Shown: positions 50,138 to 60,938 of the stretch, one piece after another
Layout: every line of letters starts with the position of its first letter
Position numbering within the stretch: the stretch's first letter is position 1
NCBI GenBank assembly: GCA_029052015.1
Contig: JAIDJW010000033.1
Span: forward strand, 59 to 64,058
DNA: 64,000 nt
Origin: Paramuribaculum sp.
GTDB taxonomy: Bacteria; Bacteroidota; Bacteroidia; Bacteroidales; Muribaculaceae
Reading direction: 5' to 3'
Notes under the pieces: model-generated
Databases searched by the model: none
Told to the model about the DNA's origin: nothing
The model's input: only the letters and a program-made list of their open reading frames with translations
Position numbers and translations under genes: made by a program

Positions 50138-50665
50138 ATGGAAAACGGACTTTCTTATAGAAATGAGGATGACAGATGCTATGGTGTAACAGGCATGGCA
50201 GTAGGCATTTTGGTGTTTAACGGTGAGGACATGCTCAGTTCGGTTTGTCTTGACGCCGAGCCTCACAGCATGATTGAAATGGAGGATATGTTTTATTTCA
50301 ATGGTAATCCCGGATTGTCGGCAAAATCTGCCTGGAATCGCATAAAAGCCAATTTTGACCTCAGTGTGGCAATGCTTATATCAAACATGATGTGTCGCAG
50401 CATGGTGCTTGATCATGAGACCATAGCGCCCGATAAGCGAAAGATTGTCCATGATATAGTGGCCGAGGAGGGCAAAGAGACCTGCGGCCTCGATGATGAC
50501 GAGATAAATAAGATTTTTGATAAGGAATACACTATTCTGTTCCGTGTATTCAATCATCAGGGAGTCCATAGCGTTGTCCATGACTTTGCCGATACTCTCA
50601 AGCGCCGCCGCCGCATGAGCCGTCTCGAGATTCTTGAGCAGCTTCGTGCATTGTCACTGCTCTGA
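50138..50665 (+). CDS. Hypothetical protein resembling an FtsH (M41) protease domain lacking HExxH
   Basis: 175-aa ORF downstream of porZ. The helical pattern similarity is described under findings. Confidence 0.7.
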   Translation: MENGLSYRNEDDRCYGVTGMAVGILVFNGEDMLSSVCLDAEPHSMIEMEDMFYFNGNPGLSAKSAWNRIKANFDLSVAMLISNMMCRSMVLDHETIAPDKRKIVHDIVAEEGKETCGLDDDEINKIFDKEYTILFRVFNHQGVHSVVHDFADTLKRRRRMSRLEILEQLRALSLL

Positions 50666-51319
50666 TTATTTCAGTCCGTCAATAACTCTTCTCAGATATA
50701 CCGGTGATTCGGGGCCGAGATTGAAAAGCAGGTCAAGAATACTAAGATTTGAAATAAAGCCCAATTCTGAGGCTCTGACCTGATAGTAAGGTGTCACTTC
50801 AGCCAGTGATGAGAAATTGCATCTACGATGGTCTAAAACACCTTCAGGCAGTTCCTGTGATTCAATATACATCACTTCGCTGTCGATTCCTAAAAGTGTG
50901 CGCACTCTCAAGTCTATTGCCGCATTGTGAGTTGTCAGACTTGTACCGCAAACATTTTTCTTGAAAAAATCAGCGAAGGAATCGATATAAAACTCAAAAA
51001 AGGGTGTGCGTCCGTATGCCGATTCAAGAGCCGTGAGCTGTATGTTCCACCAGTTGCCGTGGTCGGATACGGTTATATCGTTCCATGAGGCAGCTGACGA
51101 TGATTCAGGTTTTGAAACAGGCATAGTGAGTTCAAGCACGCCTCTTGTGTCGGCTATAGACATACGGTGGGTCGACTTGAAGCGTTTGTCATACTTCATG
51201 CCGTTGTGGATAAGCACATGCGAATGCGCAGCAAGCACCGCATAGTATGATATGCTGCCGAAATATTGTGTAGGCAGCGCTATAGTGCGGTCAGTGTAGC
51301 GGATAAGGGGTGAAGGCAT
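50666..51319 (-). CDS. WbqC family protein
   Basis: LESAYGRTPFFEFY, YYQV and NLSILDLLFNLGPE; usual lepB neighbour. Confidence 0.9.
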   Translation of the reverse strand: MPSPLIRYTDRTIALPTQYFGSISYYAVLAAHSHVLIHNGMKYDKRFKSTHRMSIADTRGVLELTMPVSKPESSSAASWNDITVSDHGNWWNIQLTALESAYGRTPFFEFYIDSFADFFKKNVCGTSLTTHNAAIDLRVRTLLGIDSEVMYIESQELPEGVLDHRRCNFSSLAEVTPYYQVRASELGFISNLSILDLLFNLGPESPVYLRRVIDGLK

Positions 51320-52791
51320 CAGAAACCAGAGTTGGCGTCTTTGAGTATTCGGTTCCAGCGTATTCCTCCGCTGAAAATACCTTTGTCCTTGTCAAATGAC
51401 ACAAGCACTCTCATAGGTTTGCCCACTATATGGTCTTCCGGAACAAAACCCCAGTAGCGCGAATCAAGCGAATTGTCGCGGTTGTCGCCCATCATGAAGT
51501 AATAGTCCATCTTGAAGGTGTATTCATCAGCGGCTTTTCCGTCAATATAGACTGTGCCGTCTGCTCCGATATATGAGTCAGGATGTCCCTCGTAATTTCG
51601 TATGGCTCGGTTATACACAGCCCAGGTGTACCAGTCAAGTTTTATAGACTCACCCTTTTTGGGTATCCATAGTTCGCCGTAATTTTCACGGGTCCAGTTG
51701 CGGGCTATACCTTCAGGGAAAAGAAATTCGTCATTTTTGACAGGTGCCTTGGTAGCAGCTATGACAATAGGGCTCTCCTTTATATTTGCGAGCATGGCAG
51801 GGGTAAGCGGAGCGCCATAAATAGGCTGATTGCTATAGATATCGAATCCTGCAGCACGGAGCATTGCGGTATCTTCCGGCTCAATATCTGCCATTCTGCG
51901 GTCATCAACAGCAATCTCGAATTCCTCCCATTGCTGGTCGAGCAGGGGATATTTGGTCTGGAACCAGTATTTGAACTGCACATTCTCAGGCAGTGGCTGC
52001 GCAACTCCGTTTATATATATAATGCCGTCTTTTATCGCCAATCGCTCTCCAGGGAGCCCGACTGCACGCTTTACATAGTTTTCGCGACGGTCAACGGGAC
52101 GATACATCGGTTCGCCGAATTCTTTAACGTTCTGTTTTATAAACTCTTCGCCAAATAGTTTTTTTACCGTATAATAATCGGCACCTTTGAGCTGTGAGGT
52201 GCTGCCAGGCAGCATAAGTTTGGGCAGAATGGTGTCGCCTGCCGGAAAGTTGAACACCACAATATCGCCGGTCTTTACATTACCGAATCCTTTGAGACGT
52301 TTGTATTTCCATTGCGGATTGTCAAGATAGCTCTTGGTGTTTATTATAGGAAAGGTGTTCTGAACCAGTGGAAAATGCACCGGAGTCATTGGCACACGCG
52401 GACCATACGCCATTTTATTTACCCACAGATAGTCGCCTACAAGCAATGATTTTTCAAGCGATGAGGTTGGAATCTGATAGTTCTGTCCAACGAAAGTGAA
52501 CACGAAGTACACGAGAATCAGGGCATATACAATGGCATCTACCCAGCTCATTATTGATTTGGTGACCTTGCTTTTGCTCTTTTTCCACCAGGTGAAGGGA
52601 ATATATCCGGTGATGTATATATCAAAGAGAAGAATCAGAAAAATGGCTACCCACCAGCTTCCGAGCCACGCCACCCATGCGAGAAATATTGCGGCGACGA
52701 TGCCGAAACGTATCCAGCGTGTAGTCTTTACTTCGGATAAGCGTTTTTTTAAATCTTCCTTGAAATTGAATTTTTTTGAGGTCGGAGTCAT
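51319..52791 (-). CDS. lepB: Signal peptidase I
   Basis: IPTSSLEKSLLVGD, GDIVVFN, YVKRAVG, MMGDNRDNSLDSRYWGFVP. Confidence 0.96.
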   Translation of the reverse strand: MTPTSKKFNFKEDLKKRLSEVKTTRWIRFGIVAAIFLAWVAWLGSWWVAIFLILLFDIYITGYIPFTWWKKSKSKVTKSIMSWVDAIVYALILVYFVFTFVGQNYQIPTSSLEKSLLVGDYLWVNKMAYGPRVPMTPVHFPLVQNTFPIINTKSYLDNPQWKYKRLKGFGNVKTGDIVVFNFPAGDTILPKLMLPGSTSQLKGADYYTVKKLFGEEFIKQNVKEFGEPMYRPVDRRENYVKRAVGLPGERLAIKDGIIYINGVAQPLPENVQFKYWFQTKYPLLDQQWEEFEIAVDDRRMADIEPEDTAMLRAAGFDIYSNQPIYGAPLTPAMLANIKESPIVIAATKAPVKNDEFLFPEGIARNWTRENYGELWIPKKGESIKLDWYTWAVYNRAIRNYEGHPDSYIGADGTVYIDGKAADEYTFKMDYYFMMGDNRDNSLDSRYWGFVPEDHIVGKPMRVLVSFDKDKGIFSGGIRWNRILKDANSGF

Positions 52792-53552
52792 TTTTTTTCA
52801 GGATTAAGTATATCAAGCAGAGCGGTGTTTTTGATAAAAGAGTGCATGAGATTATCCATTGTCAGGAATCCCTGGCGGTCTTTTATCCATTCTGCAGCTA
52901 TGACGGCTCCGAGAGCAAATCCTTCGCGGCTCTTGGCGCAGTGTTCTATCGTTATGGTGTCAACCGATGAATCCCATTTTATTATATGGGTTCCGGGCAC
53001 TTCTCCTTCGCGTTTGTGATTTATAATAAGCGAGCCTGCGGGAGCAGCGGGGTTTTCGGTCCATGCAGTAACTGTGGGGTCGCTTTGTATTATACCTTCT
53101 GCAAGTGAGATAGCGGTGCCGCTCGGATGGTCGAGTTTGTGTATGTGGTGTATCTCGGTCATTTCAGGGGTGTACTGCGGAAATCCCGACATAATGGTGG
53201 CGAGATAGCGGTTTACGGCAAAGAAAACATTTACGCCGAGGCTGTAGTTGGAGCTCCAGAAGAAAGTTGCGCCTTGATTTTCACATATATTCTTTATTTC
53301 AGGGAGTCTGTCAGCCCAGGCAGTGGTGCCGCTCACAACCTTTACTCCGCGGTCAAGAGCGGCGGAGCAGTTGTTAAAAGCAGTAGAGGGTGTGGAAAAT
53401 TCTATGGCTACATCGGCGCTTGCAAAAGCCGGTGAATCGAAATTGGCGGTATTGTCCGCATCTATTATGCTTACAATCTCGTGACCTCTCTCGCGGGCTA
53501 TGCGTTCAATAACATGACCCATCTTGCCATATCCTATTATAGCGATTTTCAT
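52788..53552 (-). CDS. dapB: 4-hydroxy-tetrahydrodipicolinate reductase
   Basis: GYGKMG, VSGTT, EIHHIHKLDHPSGTA, FALGA. Confidence 0.96.
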   Translation of the reverse strand: MKIAIIGYGKMGHVIERIARERGHEIVSIIDADNTANFDSPAFASADVAIEFSTPSTAFNNCSAALDRGVKVVSGTTAWADRLPEIKNICENQGATFFWSSNYSLGVNVFFAVNRYLATIMSGFPQYTPEMTEIHHIHKLDHPSGTAISLAEGIIQSDPTVTAWTENPAAPAGSLIINHKREGEVPGTHIIKWDSSVDTITIEHCAKSREGFALGAVIAAEWIKDRQGFLTMDNLMHSFIKNTALLDILNPEKK

Positions 53553-53613
53553 TGCAGTATGCTGTCTTTAATATATTTGTAGCACAAAGGTACTAAATAG
53601 TTACTTATCGCCG

Positions 53614-54519
53614 CTATTTTTGAGAAATCATAACATTTTCGTCAGTAACGTTCAGACTTACCGGTGCGCTTTCCACAAGCGGTATGTTATGGTCGACATG
53701 ACCCACGGGCACCCCGAAGGCTACCGGATAATCATAATCTTTTACCATATCCGCTATCATCTCCTCCATGCTCATACCGTCGACATCGAGGTTATATTCT
53801 GTAAATGCGCCTACAATCAGCCCTCCGAGCTGTCCGAGCGCTCCGCTCAGCCGTAATTGATAGAGTATTCGCTGAGTTTTGTATATAGGTTCGGATATAT
53901 CTTCGATAAAAAGAATATTTCCCGGTTTAAACACATCGAATGGAGTTGAGATAAGATCAGCAATCACAGCCAGATTGCCTCCTACAAGAGTGCCGCTGAC
54001 GCTTCCGGTATGATTGAGTGGATTAGGCTCAATCTGATATTCTGGCATATTGCCGCGCAAAATATCGAAAAGAGTCTGCGAATCCTCGTCTTCGCCCTCA
54101 AAGGTTGATATATGTTTTGCCATCGGCGAGTGAATGCTGGCAATGCCGTGCTTGTGCATCAGAGCATGAAGTGCTGATATGTCGCTGTAGCCGATAATCC
54201 ACTTTGCGTTGTCGCGCAGCGGCAGCGAGTCAAGCTGTTCGAGCAGATGCACCGCGCCATATCCTCCGCGGTTGCAAAATATAGCCTTGACACTTTTGTC
54301 AGTTATTGCCGCCTCAAGGTCAGCATAGCGTTTCGGAGCGGTGGCGCTGTAGGTTTTCCACTTGCCGAGTGCGTGAGGCGCTATCTCTGTCACCCAACCC
54401 TGATTCTGAAGAATAATTGCGGCATTTTCCACAAATTCGGCCTTAACAGTTCCTGACGGCGACAAAAGAACTATTTTGTCACCGCTTTTGAGTGGCGCCG
54501 GTATAATAAGTTTGTCCAT
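53614..54519 (-). CDS. S66 family LD-carboxypeptidase
   Basis: RGGYGA, GYSDIS, GGNL, LFIEDI, PVGH. Confidence 0.93.
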   Translation of the reverse strand: MDKLIIPAPLKSGDKIVLLSPSGTVKAEFVENAAIILQNQGWVTEIAPHALGKWKTYSATAPKRYADLEAAITDKSVKAIFCNRGGYGAVHLLEQLDSLPLRDNAKWIIGYSDISALHALMHKHGIASIHSPMAKHISTFEGEDEDSQTLFDILRGNMPEYQIEPNPLNHTGSVSGTLVGGNLAVIADLISTPFDVFKPGNILFIEDISEPIYKTQRILYQLRLSGALGQLGGLIVGAFTEYNLDVDGMSMEEMIADMVKDYDYPVAFGVPVGHVDHNIPLVESAPVSLNVTDENVMISQK

Positions 54520-54522
54520 AGT

Positions 54523-55299
54523 TCAGCTAACCTGTACCTTTATGTCATAGCTTCGTATTCTGTCAGCTATCCTATCAAGCTCTTCTTTCTCGACTTTGAC
54601 AAGATTCTGTTCCGGTGTCTTGCGGTCAATAGAGTAGAGCATTACCTCGGCGGGATTTATTATCTTATACGCTTTGATGAGTGCGTCAATCTCGGCATCG
54701 GTAGTGTTGTCAATCTCCACACCATCGTGAGTGCCGCGAAGCATCATAGTCTGAATAATGCACTGCTTACCGAACTGTTCCAGTTGACCGATTACATTTT
54801 CGGCGGTAAACTCCGGTGAATTTGGTCGGTCAATAAGTCTTATGGTTTCGGTAATGGCCGAGTCGAGTTTGAGAATATTGTTGTCAACCTTGCGCAATGC
54901 GTTGCACACTCCTTGCTCCGCAAGTCTTGTGGAGTTGCTGAGCACACTAATTTTCACATGTGGAAAATATTTGTCTCTAAGCTCGATGGTGTCGTCTATC
55001 ACTCCTTCAAAATCGGGATGAAGGGTAGGCTCGCCGTTGCCGGAAAAGGTAATTACATCCAGTTTTTCTCCTTTACTTTTCATTTCGGAGAGCTTTTGTT
55101 CGAGTAGTAGCTTCACGTTAGCCCTGGGCGGCAGTCCGGTGGTGCCGGGGCCCTGGGCATTGTATCCAGCCTCGCAGTAGAGACAGTCAAACGAACATAT
55201 CTTTCCGTCGTTTGGCGACAGATTCACCCCGAGCGATGCCCCGAGGCGTCTGCTGTGGATAGGACCGAATATAGTGGAATGGAAGAGTACAGTCTGCAT
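54523..55299 (-). CDS. Radical SAM protein
   Basis: GPIHSRRLG.SLGVNL, CSFDCLYC, FSGNGEPTLHP. Confidence 0.92.
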   Translation of the reverse strand: MQTVLFHSTIFGPIHSRRLGASLGVNLSPNDGKICSFDCLYCEAGYNAQGPGTTGLPPRANVKLLLEQKLSEMKSKGEKLDVITFSGNGEPTLHPDFEGVIDDTIELRDKYFPHVKISVLSNSTRLAEQGVCNALRKVDNNILKLDSAITETIRLIDRPNSPEFTAENVIGQLEQFGKQCIIQTMMLRGTHDGVEIDNTTDAEIDALIKAYKIINPAEVMLYSIDRKTPEQNLVKVEKEELDRIADRIRSYDIKVQVS

Positions 55300-56552
55300 T
55301 ATTTTTTAGAGTTTGTTATTTCATCAAACAGTTCGATATATCTGCGCGCAACCTCAGAGGAGGCAAATCTCTCTCTCACGCTCTCGTGAAGCGCTTTTTT
55401 GTCAGGCTCCTGAGCAAGCGCCCAGCACAATCCTTTGGCAATATCCTCAACAGATTTGTACTCTGCAATATATCCATCCTTAAGATGGGTCACTATATCG
55501 CTCTGACCTCCGCGTCCGAAAGTAACCGGCAGACATCCCGCAGCCTGACCCTCGATGAGTGTTCCCGGCAAGGTTTCATAAAGCGAAGTCGACAGCACCA
55601 CTTTTGCGGCGGCGTAAAGACCTCTCACTGTCGTAGGGTCATTTATGCGGCCAACCCATGTGTAGGGAAATCTGAGTCTGTCAAAGGCTGCTGAATTACG
55701 CATATCTCCAAAGAATACCGCTGTGGTTTTCTTTGCTACGGCAGGATTGTTGTCAAAAATGAAATTGAGAGCATCTATCGCATAGTCGAGACCTTTAATA
55801 GGGTCGTCAAGCCGGGCGGCACCCATTACTATCAGATCTCTGTTGAAGTCGATGTTGAGCATAGGGGAGTCGCCGGAAAGCTCTGTGCTGAACGTATCCA
55901 CCGGGAAGGCATTTGGAATTACCCTCACATCGCGCCCGGACAGCAGACCGCTTTTAGCGCACTGTCCGGCAAGCCAGTTGCTGACAGCCACAAAATGAAT
56001 AGGCACTTTGTCATAAAGTGCTTTTTTCTTGAACCACACTTTGCGCGACAGGTCATTTTCCTTAACGGCACCGAGCAGCGGACACATTCCGCACTCATCT
56101 TCATAGCGGGGACATTCGTAGGCATGGTGACAGATGCCGGTGCAATTCCACATATCATGCATAGTCCAGACTATGGGTTTGCCTGTCGAGGCAAGCGATT
56201 CCACACCTTTCAGCGACATCAGACCCTGGTTGACCCAGTTGAGCGCCACTACATCAGCCTCCTTGACCCACGGATGGAGGTGGAGCGGATAGCCTGTATT
56301 GGCAATAGACACCTTGAACAGGTTGTCATATTTAAGACCGTTTGAAAGAAAAATCTTGAGACGCTCGGTCATGAACTTTATGCCGCGCACAAAGCGTGAG
56401 CCGACAAGTATCACATTGTCATCGTCGCTGAGTCGTGAATACACTATCATACGTGCGTCAACTCCGCGATGACGCAGAGCCTGCATGAGCCTGTAGGTTA
56501 CTACTGATGCTCCTCCGAGCAGGTCGCTGTGACAGACAAGAGCTACTTTCAT
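55299..56552 (-). CDS. Glycosyltransferase family 4 (WcaC-like)
   Basis: GGASVV, VWTMHDMWNCTGICH, ETLPGTLIEGQAAG. Confidence 0.9.
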   Translation of the reverse strand: MKVALVCHSDLLGGASVVTYRLMQALRHRGVDARMIVYSRLSDDDNVILVGSRFVRGIKFMTERLKIFLSNGLKYDNLFKVSIANTGYPLHLHPWVKEADVVALNWVNQGLMSLKGVESLASTGKPIVWTMHDMWNCTGICHHAYECPRYEDECGMCPLLGAVKENDLSRKVWFKKKALYDKVPIHFVAVSNWLAGQCAKSGLLSGRDVRVIPNAFPVDTFSTELSGDSPMLNIDFNRDLIVMGAARLDDPIKGLDYAIDALNFIFDNNPAVAKKTTAVFFGDMRNSAAFDRLRFPYTWVGRINDPTTVRGLYAAAKVVLSTSLYETLPGTLIEGQAAGCLPVTFGRGGQSDIVTHLKDGYIAEYKSVEDIAKGLCWALAQEPDKKALHESVRERFASSEVARRYIELFDEITNSKK

Positions 56553-56555
56553 CGG

Positions 56556-57941
56556 CTACTGTATTTTTTTATTTTTGTCAAGAATACCGCTGCCAACCTC
56601 CACTATGCTGACATTGTCGAGTGAAAGGCGAGCCTTGAGATACTCCTTGAATTTTTCGGTCTGCTGCAAGGGCATACGCGAGGAGAACCTGACCAGAGCA
56701 ACGTTTACGGTATCAAGAGTTGCACTGTCTACCGCGGCAAATATGGGGTGGGTGATGGCTATGTCCTCCACCTGCGGGAAAAGCACTTTGAGCTCGGGAG
56801 ATATAGTCATGGCTATTGATCGCGACGCCGCCGCATCCTGCGCAATCTCTCGCAAAGAGTCTATCTCGCTTTGCTGGCGCGTGATAGTGGCCTGGGCAAG
56901 CTGATAAATCTCGCTTGCCGATGATGCCACGGATGAACCGGTATTCACCGCATCGCCCTGCACTATTATCAGTTTGGTGCCATTGAGATTATAGAATCCT
57001 AAGCGTGAGCTCAGAGCGGAGTTGAGCGAATCGGCGGGAAGCACTTTGCCCATAAGCGCTATGCGGATATAGCGCTCGCCGTTCTTCTTATACGCGTCCA
57101 TGCTCAGCACCTGGGTAGAGGGAAAGCTACACTCCTTTTCAACAAATCTGTCGGCGTTCATAATAAACTTGTTTTCCTGCAGCATGGTATATGTAAGCCA
57201 TATACTCGGAAGCATTGTCAGCACTGCGAGAGTATAGACAACCTTGCGAACCTTTTTGGCGCGTGAATTGTCGGTGACGCTTTCACCTTTGTATTTAAAC
57301 AGCTTTACGCCTATGAATGTGGCAAAAGCGATATAAATCGAGTTGATGAGAAAAAGATAGCTCGCTCCGAAAAAATAGTTGAGCTGCCAGGTGGCGATGC
57401 CGTAGCCGGCGGTGCAGAGGGGAGGCATGAGCGCGGTGGCTATCGCCACACCCGGTATCACATTGCCTTTGTTTTTACTTCCGAGCCCGATGATTCCGGC
57501 CGCTCCGCCAAAAAATCCTATAAGCACATCATAGATTGTCGGCGATGTGCGGGCAAGCAGTTCGCTGTGGTTTTCGTTTACGGGAGATATGAGAAAAAAA
57601 ATCGTGCTTGCAAGCACACTGAATCCCGCTGCCATTACCAGATTGCGCATACACCTCTTTATCAGGTCGAAGTCATGCACGCCCACCCCGAGTCCGAGCC
57701 CGATGATAGGACCCATGAGAGGCGATATGAGCATGGCGCCTATGATTACGGCTGTGGAGTTGGTGTTAAGTCCCAGCGATGCTATGAGTATTGCTATGAT
57801 AAGAATCAATATGTTGGTGCCGCGAAACGACACTCCTTCGCGTATGGCTTCCTCCGCCTCGCTCTGAGGCACCAGATCGGATGTGAGAGTGAAATAATTT
57901 ACAAAGAAATTTGTCACCCGGTTTGCAAAATTAGGATTCAT
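56556..57941 (-). CDS. DUF389/TIGR00341 family membrane protein
   Basis: GLNTNSTAVIIGAMLISPLMGPI and PGVAIATALMPPL. Confidence 0.92.
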   Translation of the reverse strand: MNPNFANRVTNFFVNYFTLTSDLVPQSEAEEAIREGVSFRGTNILILIIAILIASLGLNTNSTAVIIGAMLISPLMGPIIGLGLGVGVHDFDLIKRCMRNLVMAAGFSVLASTIFFLISPVNENHSELLARTSPTIYDVLIGFFGGAAGIIGLGSKNKGNVIPGVAIATALMPPLCTAGYGIATWQLNYFFGASYLFLINSIYIAFATFIGVKLFKYKGESVTDNSRAKKVRKVVYTLAVLTMLPSIWLTYTMLQENKFIMNADRFVEKECSFPSTQVLSMDAYKKNGERYIRIALMGKVLPADSLNSALSSRLGFYNLNGTKLIIVQGDAVNTGSSVASSASEIYQLAQATITRQQSEIDSLREIAQDAAASRSIAMTISPELKVLFPQVEDIAITHPIFAAVDSATLDTVNVALVRFSSRMPLQQTEKFKEYLKARLSLDNVSIVEVGSGILDKNKKIQ

Positions 57942-57945
57942 AGCG

Positions 57946-59436
57946 TCAGTGTTTTAGTTTAGGCAACAGCTGCTTGATACTAAGATGCTCGCGTTTTATC
58001 GCGAAAACTATGAATGCCGCAAGCAGCAGAGTGCGCACAGGCAGATTTACTGCCTCGTATGGAGTGGTTATGAGCACCGCGAGGGCATACAGCGCCATTG
58101 CGGTAAAAAAGTATATCAGTATTGATTTCACGTCATAGCCTATCGGATGCTTGGCTTTGCCTATGAAATACGACAGCAGCATCATGGTGCCGTAGCAGCA
58201 CAAGGCAGCCCAGGCGCAACCCATATAGCCGAAATAAGGCACAAGGATAATGTTGAGCGACACTGTTATAGCCACACCTATCAGCGAGAACCAGGTGCCC
58301 CATATTGTACGGTCGGTGAGCTTGTACCATAGCGACAGATTGAAAAACACCCCGAAAAAGAATTCTGCAATCATCACCACCGGCACCACTTTCAGTCCGC
58401 TGAAATATTCCGGGGCGATAAACCAGCGCAGGAGATCGAGATAGTACATCACCCCCAGAAAGATTACGAGCGAAAAAATCACGAAATACTTCATCGCGTC
58501 CCTGAAAGCCTGGTTGCTCTCGCCCCCGCGTGCCTTGTTTTGCGCGAATATGAAAGGCTCGTAAGCGAAGCGGAATGCCTGGATAAACATCACCATAACC
58601 ACCGCTATCTTGTAGTTTGCCGCATATATGCCCAGCTCAGCCATTGCTATGCTCTTGTCGGCGATAAGCCACGGAAGCATGATTTTGTCAACTGTCTGGT
58701 TCATCACGCCGGCAACTCCGAGAATCAGCAGCGGATAGGAGTACACCAGCATCTCGCGCCAGAGAGTCCTGTTCCATTTCCATCTGAAGCCGGTGTACTC
58801 CGGTATCAGAAGCAGCAGCATTGCCGCCGAGCTTATGAAATTGGCAAGGAAAATATAGCCGATGCCGTAAGTAGGGTCATAAAACCACGCAATTGTGCCG
58901 GGAGCCTCCTCCCATAACCACGGACATATCAGTATGAAGAAAATATTCAAGCCGATATTAATCGCTATGCTTATGAGTTTGAGCGCAGCGAAGCGCATCG
59001 AGCGGTTGCGGAAGCGCAGATAGGAGAAAGGCAGCGCCGTAAACGCATCTATGGCTACAGTGGCAGCCATAAGCAAGGCGAATGACTCATGCCCGGGGCA
59101 TTTGAGAGCTTCGCTCACAGGGCCTATGAATGCGAAAACCAGAGCAAGGAAAGCGGTGGAGCTTACAGCCAGCGAGGTCATGGCGGTGGAGTACACCTCC
59201 ATCGGGTCGCCGTAGCGTTCATGGTTGGCAAAGCGGAAAAATCCGGTTTCCAGACCGTAGGTGAGCACTATCAGTGCAACAGCCACTATCGCATAAATAT
59301 ATGACACCACTCCGTACTCGGAGTCGGCAAACACGTTGGTGTACAGCGGCACAAGCAGCCAGTTCAGAAATCGTCCGATTATGCTGCTCAGACCATATAC
59401 CGCAGTATCCTTTGCAAGACTTTTTACTGAAGCCAT
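57946..59436 (-). CDS. Polysaccharide/oligosaccharide flippase (Wzx-like)
   Basis: LAKDTAVYGLSSIIGR, YGLETGFFRF, FRFAYEPF, with many TM segments. Confidence 0.9.
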   Translation of the reverse strand: MASVKSLAKDTAVYGLSSIIGRFLNWLLVPLYTNVFADSEYGVVSYIYAIVAVALIVLTYGLETGFFRFANHERYGDPMEVYSTAMTSLAVSSTAFLALVFAFIGPVSEALKCPGHESFALLMAATVAIDAFTALPFSYLRFRNRSMRFAALKLISIAINIGLNIFFILICPWLWEEAPGTIAWFYDPTYGIGYIFLANFISSAAMLLLLIPEYTGFRWKWNRTLWREMLVYSYPLLILGVAGVMNQTVDKIMLPWLIADKSIAMAELGIYAANYKIAVVMVMFIQAFRFAYEPFIFAQNKARGGESNQAFRDAMKYFVIFSLVIFLGVMYYLDLLRWFIAPEYFSGLKVVPVVMIAEFFFGVFFNLSLWYKLTDRTIWGTWFSLIGVAITVSLNIILVPYFGYMGCAWAALCCYGTMMLLSYFIGKAKHPIGYDVKSILIYFFTAMALYALAVLITTPYEAVNLPVRTLLLAAFIVFAIKREHLSIKQLLPKLKH

Positions 59437-59448
59437 TTTTGTTATCGT

Positions 59449-60474
59449 TCAAAACAGGGAGCCTGTCGCAGCCTGAGGATTATGACCGAGATGCACGTAT
59501 GCCAGCTCTGTCACCTCGCGTCCGCGGGGCGTACGCTTTATAAAGCCCTCTTTGATAAGGAAAGGCTCATACACCTCCTCTATGGTGCCGGAATCCTCGC
59601 CGAGTGCTGTAGCAATAGTGCCCAGACCAACGGGACCTCCCTTGAACTTTGTTATTATCGTTGTGAGAATCTTGTTGTCAATCTCGTCAAGACCGTATTT
59701 GTCGATATTCAGCGCTTCAAGGGCGAAGCGTGCTATCGGCGGGTCGATAGTGCCGCTGCCCTTCACCTGGGCGAAGTCGCGCACGCGCCTCAGAAGCGCG
59801 TTGGCAATTCGGGGAGTGCCGCGGCTGCGCAGGGCTATCTCGCGTGCTGCCGATTCAGTGCACTCCACTCCCAGCAGACGGGCCGAGCGCAGGATAATGC
59901 GCTGCAGCACCTCATGGTCGTAGTACTCCAGGTGGCAGTTTATGCCGAAGCGCGCTCGCAGCGGCGATGTCAGCAGTCCGCTGCGGGTAGTCGCACCGAT
60001 GAGGGTGAAAGGCGACAGGGTGAGCTGCACCGACCGCGCTCCCGGACCCTTGTCAATCATTATGTCTATGCGGTAGTCCTCCATAGCCGAGTAGAGATAC
60101 TCCTCTACTACCGGACTCAGGCGGTGAATCTCGTCTATAAACAGCACATCGTTCTCCTCAAGCGAGGTCAGAATGCCTGCAAGGTCGCCCGGCTTGTCGA
60201 GCACCGGACCGCTTGTAACCTTGAATCCCACACCAAGCTCGTTGGCGATTATGCCGCTCAGAGTGGTCTTGCCAAGGCCGGGAGGACCGTGCAGCAGCAG
60301 ATGGTCAAGCGCCTCGCCTCTCATGCGGGCGGCTGCAACAAACACCTTCAGATTCTCGACAATCTTCTCCTGTCCGCTGAAAGAGTCGAATTCCGAAGGA
60401 CGCAGCGCCTTTTCTATATCCTTGTCGCGCTCCGCTCCCTCACGAGCCGCGCGTATGTCAAAATCGTCTGTCAT
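59449..60474 (-). CDS. ruvB: Holliday junction branch migration helicase RuvB
   Basis: [38 protein letters not shown]. Start at 60474 gives an ATGA overlap with the upstream gene. Confidence 0.97.
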   Translation of the reverse strand: MTDDFDIRAAREGAERDKDIEKALRPSEFDSFSGQEKIVENLKVFVAAARMRGEALDHLLLHGPPGLGKTTLSGIIANELGVGFKVTSGPVLDKPGDLAGILTSLEENDVLFIDEIHRLSPVVEEYLYSAMEDYRIDIMIDKGPGARSVQLTLSPFTLIGATTRSGLLTSPLRARFGINCHLEYYDHEVLQRIILRSARLLGVECTESAAREIALRSRGTPRIANALLRRVRDFAQVKGSGTIDPPIARFALEALNIDKYGLDEIDNKILTTIITKFKGGPVGLGTIATALGEDSGTIEEVYEPFLIKEGFIKRTPRGREVTELAYVHLGHNPQAATGSLF

Positions 60475-60938
60475 TTTTTCTTGCGATATTCTTCCTCCAG
60501 GGCTGTCATCTCCGCCGTCAGGCGCTCGCGCTCGCCGAGCAGATTCCTGAGCTTTCCGCGACACTCCTCTACATACTCCGGTGAAGCGTCGCCACGCCTC
60601 ACCTCGCAGTCTGTCACAAATATGTCCAGAGCTACAGCCGACAGCCTGTCGATGGCAGCCACAACAAGCGCCGCCTCATTGCACTCCTTTGCAAGGCATC
60701 TCTCCAAAGCTTCTGTGAGTGCCCCGCACTCCGCCTTCAGCTCCTTTATCCGGGCGCTATATGACGCCTCGTTGCCATGAAGCCTAATGGCTGTCTCTAT
60801 CAGGTGGCGCTCAAAGAGGATATTCTCAGCCGACCCATCGTCAAAAGGATTGACAGGCTTGAAATCAATATCATCGTTGGAGCGAAACATCTGTTCCGTG
60901 TTCCAGAATATGCGGTTGCATTTTTCGGCAAAATCCAT
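60471..60938 (-). CDS. Divergent, shortened DUF4254-like protein
   Basis: FAEKCNRIF start, NPF and AIDRLS motifs; coupled to ruvB. Confidence 0.6.
   Translation of the reverse strand: MDFAEKCNRIFWNTEQMFRSNDDIDFKPVNPFDDGSAENILFERHLIETAIRLHGNEASYSARIKELKAECGALTEALERCLAKECNEAALVVAAIDRLSAVALDIFVTDCEVRRGDASPEYVEECRGKLRNLLGERERLTAEMTALEEEYRKKK

Noticed and set aside
59482-60780. 432-aa + strand ORF
   Set aside because: It is the antisense shadow of ruvB and the DUF4254-like gene, has no recognisable motifs, and long antisense frames are expected in GC-rich conserved genes.
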